64,000 bases of DNA. It comes from Camelus ferus (taxonomy: Eukaryota). Numbering within the stretch: position 1 is the first letter of the stretch; the number at the start of each line of letters is the position of its first letter. Under the pieces are notes generated by a model, which saw only the letters and a program-made list of their open reading frames with translations, had not been told where the DNA came from and searched no databases. The stretch lies in contig NC_045696.1 of assembly GCF_009834535.1 (NCBI RefSeq), forward strand, positions 23,748,001 to 23,812,000, in the 5' to 3' direction. Made by a program: the position numbers and the translations under genes. This document shows positions 36,342 through 48,591 of this stretch, in pieces.

Positions 36342-37254
36342 GGCCCCTAGTATTTATAAGCTCTGTCTAAATCCATATACCCTGACCCACTTTGCATTCA
36401 AATGCACAACCTATGTTTGATCTTTACAAATTCAAAGCCTTTTTGTAAATTATGGTTCCACTATACTCCTAATCCTTTGTCACTGCTTGTGATCCCTCAA
36501 GGCCCGGGCTGCTGTCAGTTGTTTTGGTTGGAGACCTTACATGGCCTTTTGTACTTGGCCAGTTTCCCCTTGAGAATAAACTCAAGCCAAAGAATTCACC
36601 TGGAGTCAAGATGCTCCCTGATTGTTGAACACTTGCTTGATGAATAGCTCAGATGTGTGCAAGGTCTGTGATCTGAAGCAAGAGGGAGAGGGAGGAGCAA
36701 TGGAAATCCCTCCAGAACCAGAGGTATGTGTATGAACTTCCACACACCCGACTGATGTGCAGCCAGAGGCTGTAGATTGTGAGGAAGATGGGAAGAGTCC
36801 CTTCTGCCTAGTCAGCCTTGTAGTTCCGGGATTGGTAGAGTCCCTTGTTAGGTGTTAAATGTGCTTTGAAGCTGCTGGGTGAGCTAGGGAGGGTGAGTCT
36901 TTCAGGTCAGGTGGCCCCAGGGACTGTGTGCCACCTAGAATGGGCATTTTCCTAGAACACGTATTTTAACTCAGAATACATTTCTCCCTAGACACCTTGT
37001 TTTAGACAATGTTTTGGTTACTACAAACTCTTTAACAAAGAAAACAGATGAGAAGATGGCATAAATGCAGAAGAGTTCAAAATGACTGCATGTCCATATC
37101 ACATGTCTACCATCTCTTCTCTTTGGAGACCTGACCTAGGTCCTCAACCAAACTGAGCAGGGAGGTCCTGTTTTGGAGTGTAAAATGTTGTCCTACTTTC
37201 TAAAATTATTTTTTGGGGGTAAGAGTTAACTGATGTGGAAGTCAGTTTTGCTGT

Positions 37255-37865
37255 TCATCACATGGCTCAGCAATTCCACTCAGGTATATATCCAAAAGAA
37301 TTGCAAACCGGTGCTCAAACAAAAATTTGTATGTGAATATTTACTGCAGCATTATTCCCAATAGCCAAAAGGTGGAAACAGCCCAAATGGTTATGAACTC
37401 ACGAATGCAAACACAGAATGTGTTATGTTTATAGAATGGAATATTATTCCACCTTAAAAAGGAATGACTGAAATTCTGAAATAAGCTACAACATGGATGA
37501 ATCTTGAAAATATTATATTTTTTCACAATTTTATAATTGAAAGAAGTACAGAAGACTACAGGCCGCATGATTCCATTTATATGAAATACCCAGAACAAGC
37601 AAACTTACAGAGACAGAAATAGATTACCGAAATAAATAAATAAAATAGAAAACTGTCGTTTAGGGTTAAGGGAATTGGGTAGGGAGGTGACAGCTAAATG
37701 ATATGGGATTTCTCTTTGTGGTGATTTAAAAATGTTCTAAAGTAGCTGGGGTGGTGGTTGTATGTATCTGTAGACATACTGAAAACCATTGCATCATGTA
37801 TTTTAAATGAGTGAATTGTATGGTATGTGAACTGTATGGTATGGTATTTCAGTAAAGTTGTTAAT
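37255..37865 (+). mobile_element. L1MB-like 3' end
   Basis: CAGCAATTCCACT..GGTATATATCCAAAAGAATTG...AATAGCCAAAAGGTGGAAACAGCCCAAATG...ACAACATGGATGAATCTTGAAAA...GTGAATTGTATGGTATGTGAA. Confidence 0.88.
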
Positions 37866-38689
37866 AACAAGAGTTAATAACTGCTAAAAGGAAATCATGT
37901 TGGGTAACCGGAGGTAAAACATGAACTTCAGACCCTTTCTTCCAAGCCAAAGAGGCGGAGCCTCAGATATGACAAGCAACCTGCCTCTGGCTGAATCTTT
38001 TTCATTCATGAAAAACACACATTTTTCAATAGTTTTTGATCTGAAGAGCTTTACTGAGTCTATGTTGTCTCTTAGTCAGGTTAAGAGAGCTCTCTGGGAG
38101 GCGCATGCGTGAGCTCTGATCTTGGACAGTAACTCATCTTTGCTGTCTGAGGTTACTTCTTTCTCCTACTGCAAAGGCCTTCATGTGGAGGGCTGGGGAG
38201 TGGCTGAAGGTGGATGTTTATGGTCGGTTTCCGCGGGATCGTTAAGCAGCTTCACAGTGGCTACAAAGTCAAACTGCAGGTTTCTTGGCCATAAGAAAAG
38301 GAGAAGTCGTGTTCTGGAGTCTTGTGGAGCTAAACTGGACCAAGAACGTTGAGGGACAAAGAAAAGGAAAGGAAGCCAATAGCAATGGACACATATGAAG
38401 GGAGGTGTGTCATGTATATTCTCATTATAAAGTGTTCTCCACATTAAATAACTGCCACACTTACCTGGTGAACTGGACAATGTCACTCTCACTTTAAGGA
38501 TGAGACTAGTAAGGCCTGGAAGGATGGCCACAGTGATGGTGGAGATGTCATTTAATCACAGGCCTTTTGGAGTCCTCAAGACTTCCTTCTCCCTGTTCCT
38601 GAATACTCTTCCAATCTACTGTCTTCTTCCATTTCTTTTTAAATTTAGGTCGATTTTGCTGATCGTAACTGTGTTGTTCTGAATTTCTT

Positions 38690-39205
38690 GTATGCGAGTA
38701 ATTGTTCTGAAGGTTTGATTAGAGGTTAGATTAGGTTCAAGTTCAACTTTTTCCGCAAAATTAATTCAGAGGATGTGTTATGTTCTATCAAGACGGAGTT
38801 AAAGTTTTTTTCTTTTTCTTTGTGGTTTTAGCAGCTATTTCTGATCAATACCTACCACTGTTGATGCAAATGGTGAGGTACTAATTAATTCTTTCCTCAT
38901 TTGTTAGCTGGTTCATTTCTGTAAAGAGAAATTTTCTCTCATCTATATTGGCGACCCCTTGGTGCAGTTCACATAGGAAAGGTAAGAAAAATGCTTTATT
39001 CTTTCTCTATATCTAACCATTTTCAAAATAATTGACTGATATCCTAAAGTGGCAACCAATTAGTTTTATTCCAATATCATTATAGACTTAAGACTGAAAC
39101 GTATTTGGTGTCTTTCAATCCATTGTGGTTATTATCATTATTGAACTCAAATTGCCCTCTCGTTGGTGAGTGACAGCCTTTTGAACTTGGCTCCTTAGTT
39201 CCCCA
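38690..39205 (-). mobile_element. L1MC4/5-like 3' fragment
   Basis: GGTGCAGTTCACATAGGAAAGGTAAGAAAAATGCTTTATTCTTTC...TCTTTCAATCCATTGTGGTTATTATCATTATTGA..CTCAAATTG. Confidence 0.6.
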
Positions 39206-39459
39206 GATGTTGGGGGTCCATACATTGGACTGTGGTTTCTATGTCTGTCTGATCCTGTTTGATTTCTACCTTTTGCAGATCTTCCATATTTATGTTTTGT
39301 GGATGAAATATCTTACTTATTCCCAAGGTGGTTGCTTATCTGGTCTTTAAAACAATAGCCCTTTGTCCCAGGGGAAAAAGAGATAGTGAGGAAAAGAGTC
39401 AGGAAGGGCTCTTCCTGAGAGTCTCCTCTCTTGGTCTAATTCCTCTCCTTTTTCTTAAA

Positions 39460-39680
39460 ATTTCAGTTTGATTGAGGTATAATTGACAAAACTGTAAGAT
39501 TTTAAAGGGTGCACTGTGGTGATATAATCAATACCTAAACACTGGATTTCCCCATCTAGTTAACTGACACATCCATGACCTCTCATTTTTATCTTTTTGT
39601 TGTTGTTGAGAACATTTAAGTTTTACTCTCTTAGCAGATTTCAGTTATACAATAGTGTTGTTAACTTGAGTTATCACATC
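39460..39680 (-). mobile_element. L1MA-like 3' tail fragment
   Basis: TTGATTGAGGTATAATTGACAAAA...GAGAACATTTAAGTTTTACTCTCTTAGCAGATTTCAGTTATACAATA. Confidence 0.75.
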
Positions 39681-39699
39681 TGACCTAATTTCTGAGAGA

Positions 39700-40050
39700 T
39701 GTTTCTAAAATGGAAATCAAATTATGCCTCTTCTGTGACTGAAACTCACAGGGGCCCATGTCTCCCATCAGAACCAATTCCAAACTCCTTAAAAGGTGAC
39801 TTTATCCTCTGAATCTTGCTTACCTTACTCCTGTCTGGCCTCTTGCTCTTGCTGAACTTCAGCCACGTGGAATCTCTTGTAGTTTCCCAAACTTGCCACT
39901 GTTTCTCCAGCTTACTGTGTTTTGCTCATTATGCTTTTCTGTCTGATCACCTAGAGCTCTCTGTACCTCTCACCTTGTCTCCTTGACTTCCAGTGTCCTT
40001 AGGTCTTACCTCAGAGGTTATTTTCTCCATAGGATCTTCTCTGAACAGGG
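39700..40050 (+). mobile_element. L2 LINE fragment
   Basis: TTTCTAAAATGGAAATCAAATTATGCC...CAAACTCCTTA...CTTCAGCCACGTGGAATCTCTTGTAGTTTCCCAAAC. Confidence 0.55.
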
Positions 40051-40304
40051 TGCATATTCTCCTAGTTTCCCTGGGACAGTTCTAGATTATGCCTGATGAA
40101 GACCTGTCAATTAATGTCTGTTTATTTTTTAACACCCCCTTTTACTCTCATAAGGGTCGCATACATTATATAACCATCCTATCTCTGAACCCACAATTCC
40201 AGGTCTGTGTTATGTACCTCTCTTGTGGCTTTCCATGGCATTCTATAATTGCACCTAGCATTTTCCACATGCAAATTACAGTATCCTATTTACTTGTTTA
40301 TCTT

Positions 40305-40690
40305 TGTTGTGGACTGAACTGTGTTCCCTCCAAATTTATATATTGAAGCCCTAACCCCCGATGTGACTGTATTTGGAGATAGGGTCTTTAAAGTGGGAAT
40401 TAAGGTGAATGAGGTTGCAAGGGTGGGTTCTCATCCAATAGCACTGGCGTCCTTATGAGAAAGAGGAAGACACTAGAGACGCATGCACACAAAGGAAAGG
40501 CCAGATGAAGACACAGTGAAAAGGGCCATCCGTAAGCCAAGGAGGGAAGCCTCAGGAGAAGCTAAACCTGCTGGCATCTTGATCTTGGATTTCTAGCATC
40601 TTTGAACTGCGAGAAAATAAATTTCTGTTGTTTAAGCCACTTAATCTGTGGTCTTTTTTTTTTTTTTTTGGTGGCCCTAGAAAACTAGCA
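40305..40690 (+). mobile_element. MaLR solo LTR (MLT1B-like)
   Basis: TGTTGTGGACTGAACTGTGTTCCCTCCAAATT...GTATTTGGAGATAGGGTCTTTAAAG...GAGAAAATAAATTTCTGTTGTTTAAGCCAC; near-TSD ATCTT/GTCTT. Confidence 0.9.
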
Positions 40691-40767
40691 GTCTTCTTCA
40701 CTACATTGACTCACTCCTTTTTGAAATCCCTACTACCAGTTATAGTGGTATGTTCATGGTGGGCACT

Positions 40768-41408
40768 GTATCATCAGGGTTCAGTGAGAGAAACAGAACC
40801 ACTAGGACTGATAAATAACAGGGAAATTATTATGGAGAGTTGACCTTATGTAATGTGGGAGCTGGTTAAATAGTCTATCAGAGTCTGTTGTCTTTATGTG
40901 TGAATTAGGAAGGGAGACACGGGGGGACTAAGATGGAGGTGAAGTGAAGACCAAGAAAGAAGTAGAACCCCTGAGGATGAGGCCGGAACTCATAAGAATG
41001 GACTAGAAGCCCTGTTGGTCTGGCCAACTCTCCAATGTCAGTGTTGCAGGTGACCTGTAATGGAAGCTTGAGTCCTATATCACAGAACTAAGCATTCCCC
41101 TGCCCCAAGAGTTGGAGAAGCTGAGAGGAGCAGGAGGGAGCACGATGGGAACAGGAGGAGTGACGGACAGGGATCAAGGTGAGGCAGCAGGTGGCACAAT
41201 GTGGCATGTGTTGCAACAGTGCCTAGTAGACAACGTGCACAGATCTTCCAAGTATTAAAGAAAAAAAAGGCTGCTGTTTCACTTCCACTTCTCAGATATT
41301 ATGCAAACATCACCTGTGGTCCAGACTAATTTGTAATTACACAGTGAAGAGAATTCTGGGAAACGTGGTTCTCCCTTAACTAAGTTGACACGATATGAAT
41401 CCACTACT
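40768..41408 (-). mobile_element. ERVL solo LTR (MLT2E/F-like)
   Basis: TGTATCATCAGGGTTCAGTGAGAGAAACAGAACCACTAGG...GAATTCTGGGAAACGTGGTTC...AAGTTGACAC. Confidence 0.75.
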
Positions 41409-43504
41409 GGCTTTGTACTGTTTGTAAGATAAATAAGTGATACTGAAGCTAGTGACGTCCTCACAGCCTCATGGCCTTCTCCGAGAGTGGAAAGGACACA
41501 GAGAACCCACCTAGCGTCTTGTCCAGGAGCTTCAGGTGTCAGTCTTCCTTCGAGGTCTTTGAGGGTATTAACATTTTTATGATGAAGTCAGCGTTTTACT
41601 ATTAAAATAAGGGGGTGGATTAAAAATAATAGATATAATGCTTCAAAAAGAAGATTGGATCATGAGAACTAGCTATAGATTAATTTATAAAGTAGCTAAA
41701 ACATAGCTGATCGACAATGAATATCAAGTCGTGGTCCTTGTTTCACACACATCCTGATGGGAATGTAATTACAAGTGACCTGGTCTGTGAAATTAGCCAG
41801 TTTGCTTTTTCTGTTTTTGACTTTGCCTCTTCGACCTGCTGACTGCCTTTTCACTCATTCAACATGTACCGAAGAAGGAGTAGTGGAAGTGTCTGAAACA
41901 CATAACATACTGTGACATTGAAACATTTCGTTCTCTCAGTTTCCCAGGGACCAGTAGTTTGAAGTGGAACAGAAAACACCATTGCCATTGATTACTTATA
42001 TTGAAGGACAATATATGTTTCAACACATTAACTCACAAAAATAATTTATTGCCATAGCACCTAAACAATGCTCTGTAACCAATGACTATAGTTTTTAGAC
42101 AAGAAAGAATTTTTATGAGTACTGTTCAGTCCCTTTATCTCTGGACACAAAAATTTCATGAACACAGGAGATTTTTCTTTTCTACTTACTAGAGTCACTT
42201 CAGGAACCAACTCCAGGATAGTGGATCTGTCATTCATTCTTACATCTTCCACTTGGCCACTGTTGGAGGGGACAGAAGTGCATGCTCAGGCTTAACCAAA
42301 GGACCATTCAAAGGCTGAAGACTCAACACATAGATTACTTTGGCAAAATGTCTGCAGTGGGATAATTGGGTAAAATATTATTGTAATACAGTGAGATTTT
42401 ATTTATCCAATTAAATCTCAGGCATTGTTTTTTTTAATGTGCCTAATTGCGGGTTGCTAGCATTTCTCTTTTAATTGGCTTTGACTATGCAGAACGATTT
42501 TTTAAAAAATCTATCTAGATGCTTCACCAGAATTGAAGAAAGGAAAAATGACCCCCATGACCCTCCTCTCTCATTCTAACGAGGTTAAAAAGTCACAAAA
42601 CCAGAAATGCACATGGATTTTCTTGACTATTTCTTTTAGTACAATCCTAAGAACGATAACCAACCCTTTGCTTTCAACTACTTCCATGTGGAGTTATGCA
42701 CAGGGCGCTGCAGGTGGACTTGGCAGTTACATGCGGTGAATTTGCATCCTCTAAAATCAGTGCAGATAGGAGAGAAATAAGCTGAAATAACAAGAATGAG
42801 AAAATGGTAATAAATCATAAATGATACTCAGCGAGATCCTGATAAACCACTGGCAAGGATCTAATAAGTCTCTAAAGGTCCATAAAACTCCTTGCTTGCC
42901 ACCAGCATGGCAAAGAAAGGTGTCCCGTCAAGTCATGCATCTTTGGGTCTCCCAGCGTTACAGCTCACCTCTCTCTCCTCCCAGCTCATCAACTCTCACA
43001 TCTCTTAGAAATTAAAGGAGCTCTCTCTCCCTGTTCTCATTTGGTCATTGAAAAAGAGAAACTCACTGAAGCCACTAGAGGGATCTCTTTTCTTTGGAAA
43101 GGAAAAAAAAAATCTGTATAATAAATTGTAAACTTGGAGTGACACAGGAAAAAGCCAAGCAGGACCGCAAATTAACTATTGCAGTTTTCAAAGATGTTTC
43201 GGTGTCTGCAGAAGGGCCGTGCCCCTGGGGAGCCTGACCTTTCCAAGGGCCTGAGAGTGATGTGGCAAATGTGGACTCTGTCACATAAGCATGCTTTGAA
43301 CTGCTCGAGTGGGCTTCAATGATAGCTGGAAGAAAGACGGCCCCAGGCTGGAGAAAGGACAGTGACAGTCCAGATCACGAAGGCCACTGGCCACAAGCTC
43401 CTATGGAATTTGTAATCCGACTCTAATGGTAGTTTTGAAGAACCTCGAGTTTTGACATTTCAACCCCTAGGCGTTTGAAAAGAATGAGAGCCAGGCAACA
43501 CTCT

Positions 43505-43552
43505 CACAGAGACACACAGACACACCGACACACAGACACAGACATACACACA
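43505..43552. repeat. Degenerate (CA)n/(CAGA)n microsatellite
   Basis: CACAGAGACACACAGACACACCGACACACAGACACAGACATACACAC. Confidence 0.85.
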
Positions 43553-44409
43553 TCATCACTTAATACTCACAATTTGTGAAGGAGATATTTGTATTCTCAT
43601 TTTATATACATGGAATCAGATTTGGGGAAGTTAAGTCATTCCTTCAGCTACTAAGTAGAAAAGCCAACATTTTAATTCAGTTCAGGTACTTTTTCTTTTT
43701 CTTAAGTTTCCTGTGGAAATAATCAGAATTTTGAAAGAAAGTGACTGTCCTATTTTAAGGATCTGATAGCTAAGGAATATAATACAGAAGATCATCAGCC
43801 ATATAATATACAATTTTGAAAAACAGATGTAAGGGAGTCCAGAGAAAACATTTAATAATGTCATACAGAGAGATTTGAAAGGAAAGGTCTCTGGAAAAGG
43901 CTAGAAGAATCAAAGAAGTGCAATTTTGACAAAACAGTCACAAAATTCCAGTGAGGGAAAAAGAGAGGCACATCTAAAGGGGTCGGTGTAGAGCGACATA
44001 GAAAGGTCTCGGGGGACCTCAGATTTTACAAGATAACGTGAGAAAGACAGCGGGGGCCGCAGATCACTAAGGACCGCGCCGAAGAGTGGAGCAGGTCCAT
44101 GGAGGGCATGCGATGTAGCTGAGTATCTAATAGGAGCCCTTGAGCACTGCTTAAGACGGCACAGTGTTGAGGCTAGATGAAGAGGAAAATGAAGGAGCAG
44201 TAAACTCGGTATGTGGGGCAGATTGGATAAGGATACAGCGGATGAAAAGAGTAAGCAGATCAATACTTATTTTTCTATACATTATCAATCTTTTTTATGT
44301 ATTGAATGTTCTATCAGAAAAACAGATCAAATTTGGAAACTTAAAAAAAAAAACTTGAAAAGGGTGACACCACTATTATTAAGGAGGTATTCAAACCCAG
44401 GAAAGACTG

Positions 44410-44972
44410 AGCAGGTGCTATTATTGCCTGTTCAACAGTCATCCTCCAGCCCCCCTCCACTCCTGCTCCGTACTAATAGAACCCTGATTTTTTCAAGGAT
44501 TGGGTGGTTTTGACTTCAAGAGAGAGTAGACTTTTTCTGTACACTGAGAGTTGAATCCTGATTACTCTAAACTTACCCCAGTAATTCCATTTACTTTTAA
44601 GGGATTGGTTTAAGGGTGGGTTCATGACATCATTTTGGCCAAAGAGACATGAGGGGAAAGTTTTGTTTAGGGGGTTCCTGGGGATGGTCCCCTTTTGAAA
44701 AGAGACACAGAGAAAGGAGATGCCTTCTTCCTCTCTTCTGGACTTTACATACTGTTGCTAAACATGGGATGCCTGGAGTGTCTACAGTCATTCAAAATCA
44801 TTACAGGAGTAGCCCACTCAGTCTTGATGATGTAGTTTCGTGCCTGAAATAATTAACCATGGAAATACCTCCTTAGGTCTTCTCATAATGCACAGAGTGT
44901 ATTTTCCTAATTTGTTCCAGCCATCTTTTGAGTTTTCTCTCTTTTGCCAACAAAAGCATCCTCACTGATACT
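44410..44972 (+). mobile_element. Old MaLR LTR (MLT1J/K-like)
   Basis: CTAATAGAACCCTGATTTT...GATTGGTTTAAGGGTGGG..CATGAC..ATTTTGGCCAAAGAGACATGAGGGGAA...AAAGCATCCTCACTGATA. Confidence 0.7.
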
Positions 44973-46019
44973 CAAGTGATCATTGTACTTTAGAAAAGAA
45001 ACATCCTGTACGAAATGAGAAAGACATGATGAACAAAGGTGATATAAAAATACTTAGTGTTTTAATAAAGAATAAAGCAAACTAGAGTAAACAGAAATAA
45101 ACAAAATTATTTAGGCATTAAAGAAGTTATTGCTACCAGTCTGCAATCAGAGTCAGTGCTCAGAACAACGGAGATACTGATCCACCTGTCATGGTTAGAC
45201 TCCAAGAAATGGGAATATATTTACTGGTAACTTGGAATGTGTGTCCTCAACAGCTCACTTGTGCTCATGCACAAAGTGGCTGCCATCCCAGCAAGGACCT
45301 TCTGGTACTTCCTGCATGCATCCTGAGGTCTGATTAGTCCTGTCTCCGTAGTGTCCTTCCTAAGATCAACGTGATCATTTTTGCCTCTCTTTTTCTTATC
45401 TTGTCCTTCAGTTTGGAGTGTCCTCTTCCCTTAATTTTTCTCCTGTCTCCTCTGCCTAAACGATTTGTACCATTCCTCAGTGTCCCTCTATTGTCTTGCT
45501 CTGATTCCTCTAGCCTCAATGCTTTATGAATTCCAAAACATTCACTGGTAGTATTATGTCATTGATTGTATAATTTAAAAACATATATTAGTATCATCAT
45601 TCCAATATAATTATTTCTGTGACTACCATATTGTTTTGCATAGTGCTTGTTCCACAAAGACTTGCTGAGATTGGGAGAAAAAAGACTAGCCGGATAATTT
45701 GCAGCCATCCAAATATGAAGTGATGGGGAATGCATGATGGTAGTGGCAATGTGTAACAACATTATGAAGAAAGTGAATAGGATTTGGTAGTAGATGAACA
45801 TTATGTGGTAGGGAGGAAAAACTGATGGACTACAAGATCTTTGGTTTGTGTGTCTGGAGATCTTCTTAGTGGCATCAGTGGAAATGGATCACTATAAAAG
45901 GAAGCTTTGTGGTAGGAAGGTAAAAGTTATTACCGGAATTTGGACCAACTCAATGCGTGGGCCACATGATCAGCCTTTAAAAAGTACAATTTAAAGGTAT
46001 TGAAAGAATTGCTGCTGCA

Positions 46020-46638
46020 GAGTGTCTCTCTCAATAGTCTTCCAGAATGGCGGCTTTGTCTGATTTCAATCCCACCTTTGTGTGTCTGCCTTACCAATCT
46101 GGGGCTAAGACACAGCAAACTGTGCTTCTAAGACTCAGTTGCCGGCTGGCTTCACGTTAGGTTCTGCCAAGAAGCACTGGAGTGATGGGGACACAAGAAG
46201 AGGGAGGGAAGGACTTCTTTGCTCCTATTTAATATTGCTACTCCTGTCACCTGGGCAGTGACAGTTCGCTGCAGCTGTGACACTCACCCCTCTAGGAAAA
46301 GTTCGTCATAACCATGGCAGCTGGTTTCAGTCTCCAGCTTCTTTGAATTCTGAAAGTAGTTAATTGCTCTCTCCATAAGTACCTACTGTGACCAGGCATT
46401 GCCTCCTCCTTAGAGGTCTGAGTCCCAGTTCTTCAAGAGCCTACTCTCAGGTCCTAAATTCTAATAATTTAACTGCTTCTTTTAATTCCCAAGCTTTCTG
46501 GGGAGCAGCTTGCATTTATCTCTGGGTAAGCTTTAGTGTTCTCTGTTGCGCTTTCAGCCCTCTAACACCTAAATAACCAGTCCCAAAACTGAATCTTCTT
46601 GCTGAAATACTATTTTCCAATGGCATGTGACTGACACA
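46020..46638 (+). mobile_element. ERVL LTR (LTR41/LTR33-like)
   Basis: GTTAGGTTCTGCCAA...AGAGGTCTGAGTCCCAG...AATTCTAATAAT; shares blocks with the LTR at 62691-63390. Confidence 0.65.
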
Positions 46639-47523
46639 CTGCTGGGAGACTCCAGCGGTTAAAGATCTAGGCAAAGAGAGTTAGGATCTTCAGTAATTCG
46701 TTTGAGAAGATCAAGGAAGGATCTATGGTAAAAAGTAGCATTTGCAAATGACCTTGAATACAGGTAGGATCTAGAAGTGTAAAGATGGGATGGAAAAAGC
46801 CTTTCAAGGCATGAAAGCACTTTTTTTTATAAAACACTCATTAACAGGAAACACAAAATATTGTAATTATGTTGGAAATCATGATGTGTAAATGTTATTA
46901 TTTGGTAATGAATTTGCAAAAGTAGCATTGTGTCAGACCTTAGTGGGGAGATCTTTAATGCCAGGCTCAGAATTGCTGAACCTTTAAAGGCTTTTGAGTA
47001 GCTGGGTTGAAATGCTAGGAGATTAGGGGAAGAAAGGAAACATCTTATTGAACATCTATACTTGGGAAGATAATGTGAGTGTGAGTAGATTCTATGTTAC
47101 CCCAGTGATAACAGGGATGTCACAATGTTCTATTTTTCTAACCAGATTTAAACTGCTTTGAGTTCCCAATCATCTGACTGGCAGGCCATCCAGTATCAGT
47201 AATTACTAGAACTTACTCTTTGTTTTCATCTAAGAAGCTAAGGCTCACATTATCCCATAAAAATGGAAGAGGTCCCTGGTCCTTACCCACAATTGTTTTG
47301 TTCATTTTGATGCTGGGCAACTTGTTGAGAGCTGCAGAGATGCTCTGGTTGGGTTCCAGGGCTGCCTTTTCACATAGTTCTCTTTGCCACAAGAAATTTG
47401 TAGTTGCTCTCAGGGCCGGGTGTTTGCTTTTCACCCTCTTTAGATCTCTACATTTATCCCCCATCAGAAGTTCGGCCCCCTTCTCAGCTTCGCTTGGAGT
47501 AGAACACATGTTCTGCACGTGCC

Positions 47524-48034
47524 TGTGGTGGACAGAATGATGGTCCCCTAAAGACATCACATCCTTGTTCCCAGAACTGGGAATATGTTGCATTATATGG
47601 AAAAGGGGAATGAAGGTGGCAGAAATGATTAACATTGCTAATCAACTGACTTAAAATAAGGATATTGTCCTGGATTTCCTGGGTAGGTCCAATGTAATCA
47701 TAAGGGTCTTTAAAAGTGGAAGAAGGAGGCAGAAAAGAAGGTTGGAGTGATCCTGATGTGAGAAGGACTCAACCTACTGCTGCTGCTGGCTTTGAAGATG
47801 GAGAAAGAGGACCATGGGCCAGGAATGTGGGCAGCGTCTGGAGACTGGTGAAGGCAGGGACATGGACTCTGCTCTAGAGCCTCCAGAAGAAGTGTAGTCC
47901 TGCTGATGTCTTGGTTTTAATCCGGTGAGATCTCTGTTGGGCTTCCAACCTATAGAACTGTAAGATGACACATTTGTAGTTTTAAACCCTAGGTTCGTGG
48001 TAATTTCTGACAGCAGCAATAGGAAATGGATACA
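47524..48034 (+). mobile_element. MaLR solo LTR (MLT1D-like)
   Basis: TGTGGTGGACAGAATGATGGTCCCCTAAAGACATCACATCCT...GGTAGGTCCAATGTAATCATAAGGGTCTTTAAAAGTGGAAGA...CAGCAGCAATAGGAAATGGATACA. Confidence 0.9.
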
Positions 48035-48243
48035 CTCCCCGAGCTGTCACATCTCTTCCTCTAGACGTGGGTTGCCTCACTCACACCTGCATCCCTGATG
48101 GAGTCTGTCCTCCTCCTTTCTCAGTTTTAGCATATTCACCCTTCTCTCTTTCAAGGCAATTCCAGAAACACAGGGAGATTTCTGTACAGACCCTGAAATA
48201 CAGAAATATTTTCACTTTCCCCAGGAGAAGCCTAGACCTTGTA

Positions 48244-48457
48244 AGAGTCAGCAAACCTCAGTCCACAGGCCAAATCTGATCCACGGCCTAGTTTTGAAAA
48301 GAAAGCTTTTTTGGAACACGTATATTTACGTATTGTTTACGGCTGCTTTCTCACTATGAAGGCAAAGTTAAATCGTTGTGACAGAGACCACATGGCCTGC
48401 AAATCGTTAAATATTTATTATTTGGGACTTTGCAAAAAAAAAGTGTGCTGACCTCCA
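48244..48457. mobile_element. MER58A-like hAT-Charlie element
   Basis: GTCAGCAAAC...CAGGCCAAATCTG...TGTGACAGAGACCACATGGCCTGCAAA...AATATTTATTATTTGG..CTTTGCAAAAAAA..TGCTGACCTC. Confidence 0.85.
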
Positions 48458-48591
48458 ACTTAGAATGTGGCTAACCTTTGGGCGGGGACGTGAACAGGTG
48501 TGGCGCGAGGGAGGCAGAATTTCCTTTTCAGTTGTCGCTCTACAGCAGCAGTGAGTGCAGCAGAAATTAGCACCAGGAGATGAACTCAAGG

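Noticed and set aside
47213..47635. 140-aa and 106-aa overlapping ORFs
   Set aside because: They partly overlap an MLT1D LTR and show no recognisable protein features.
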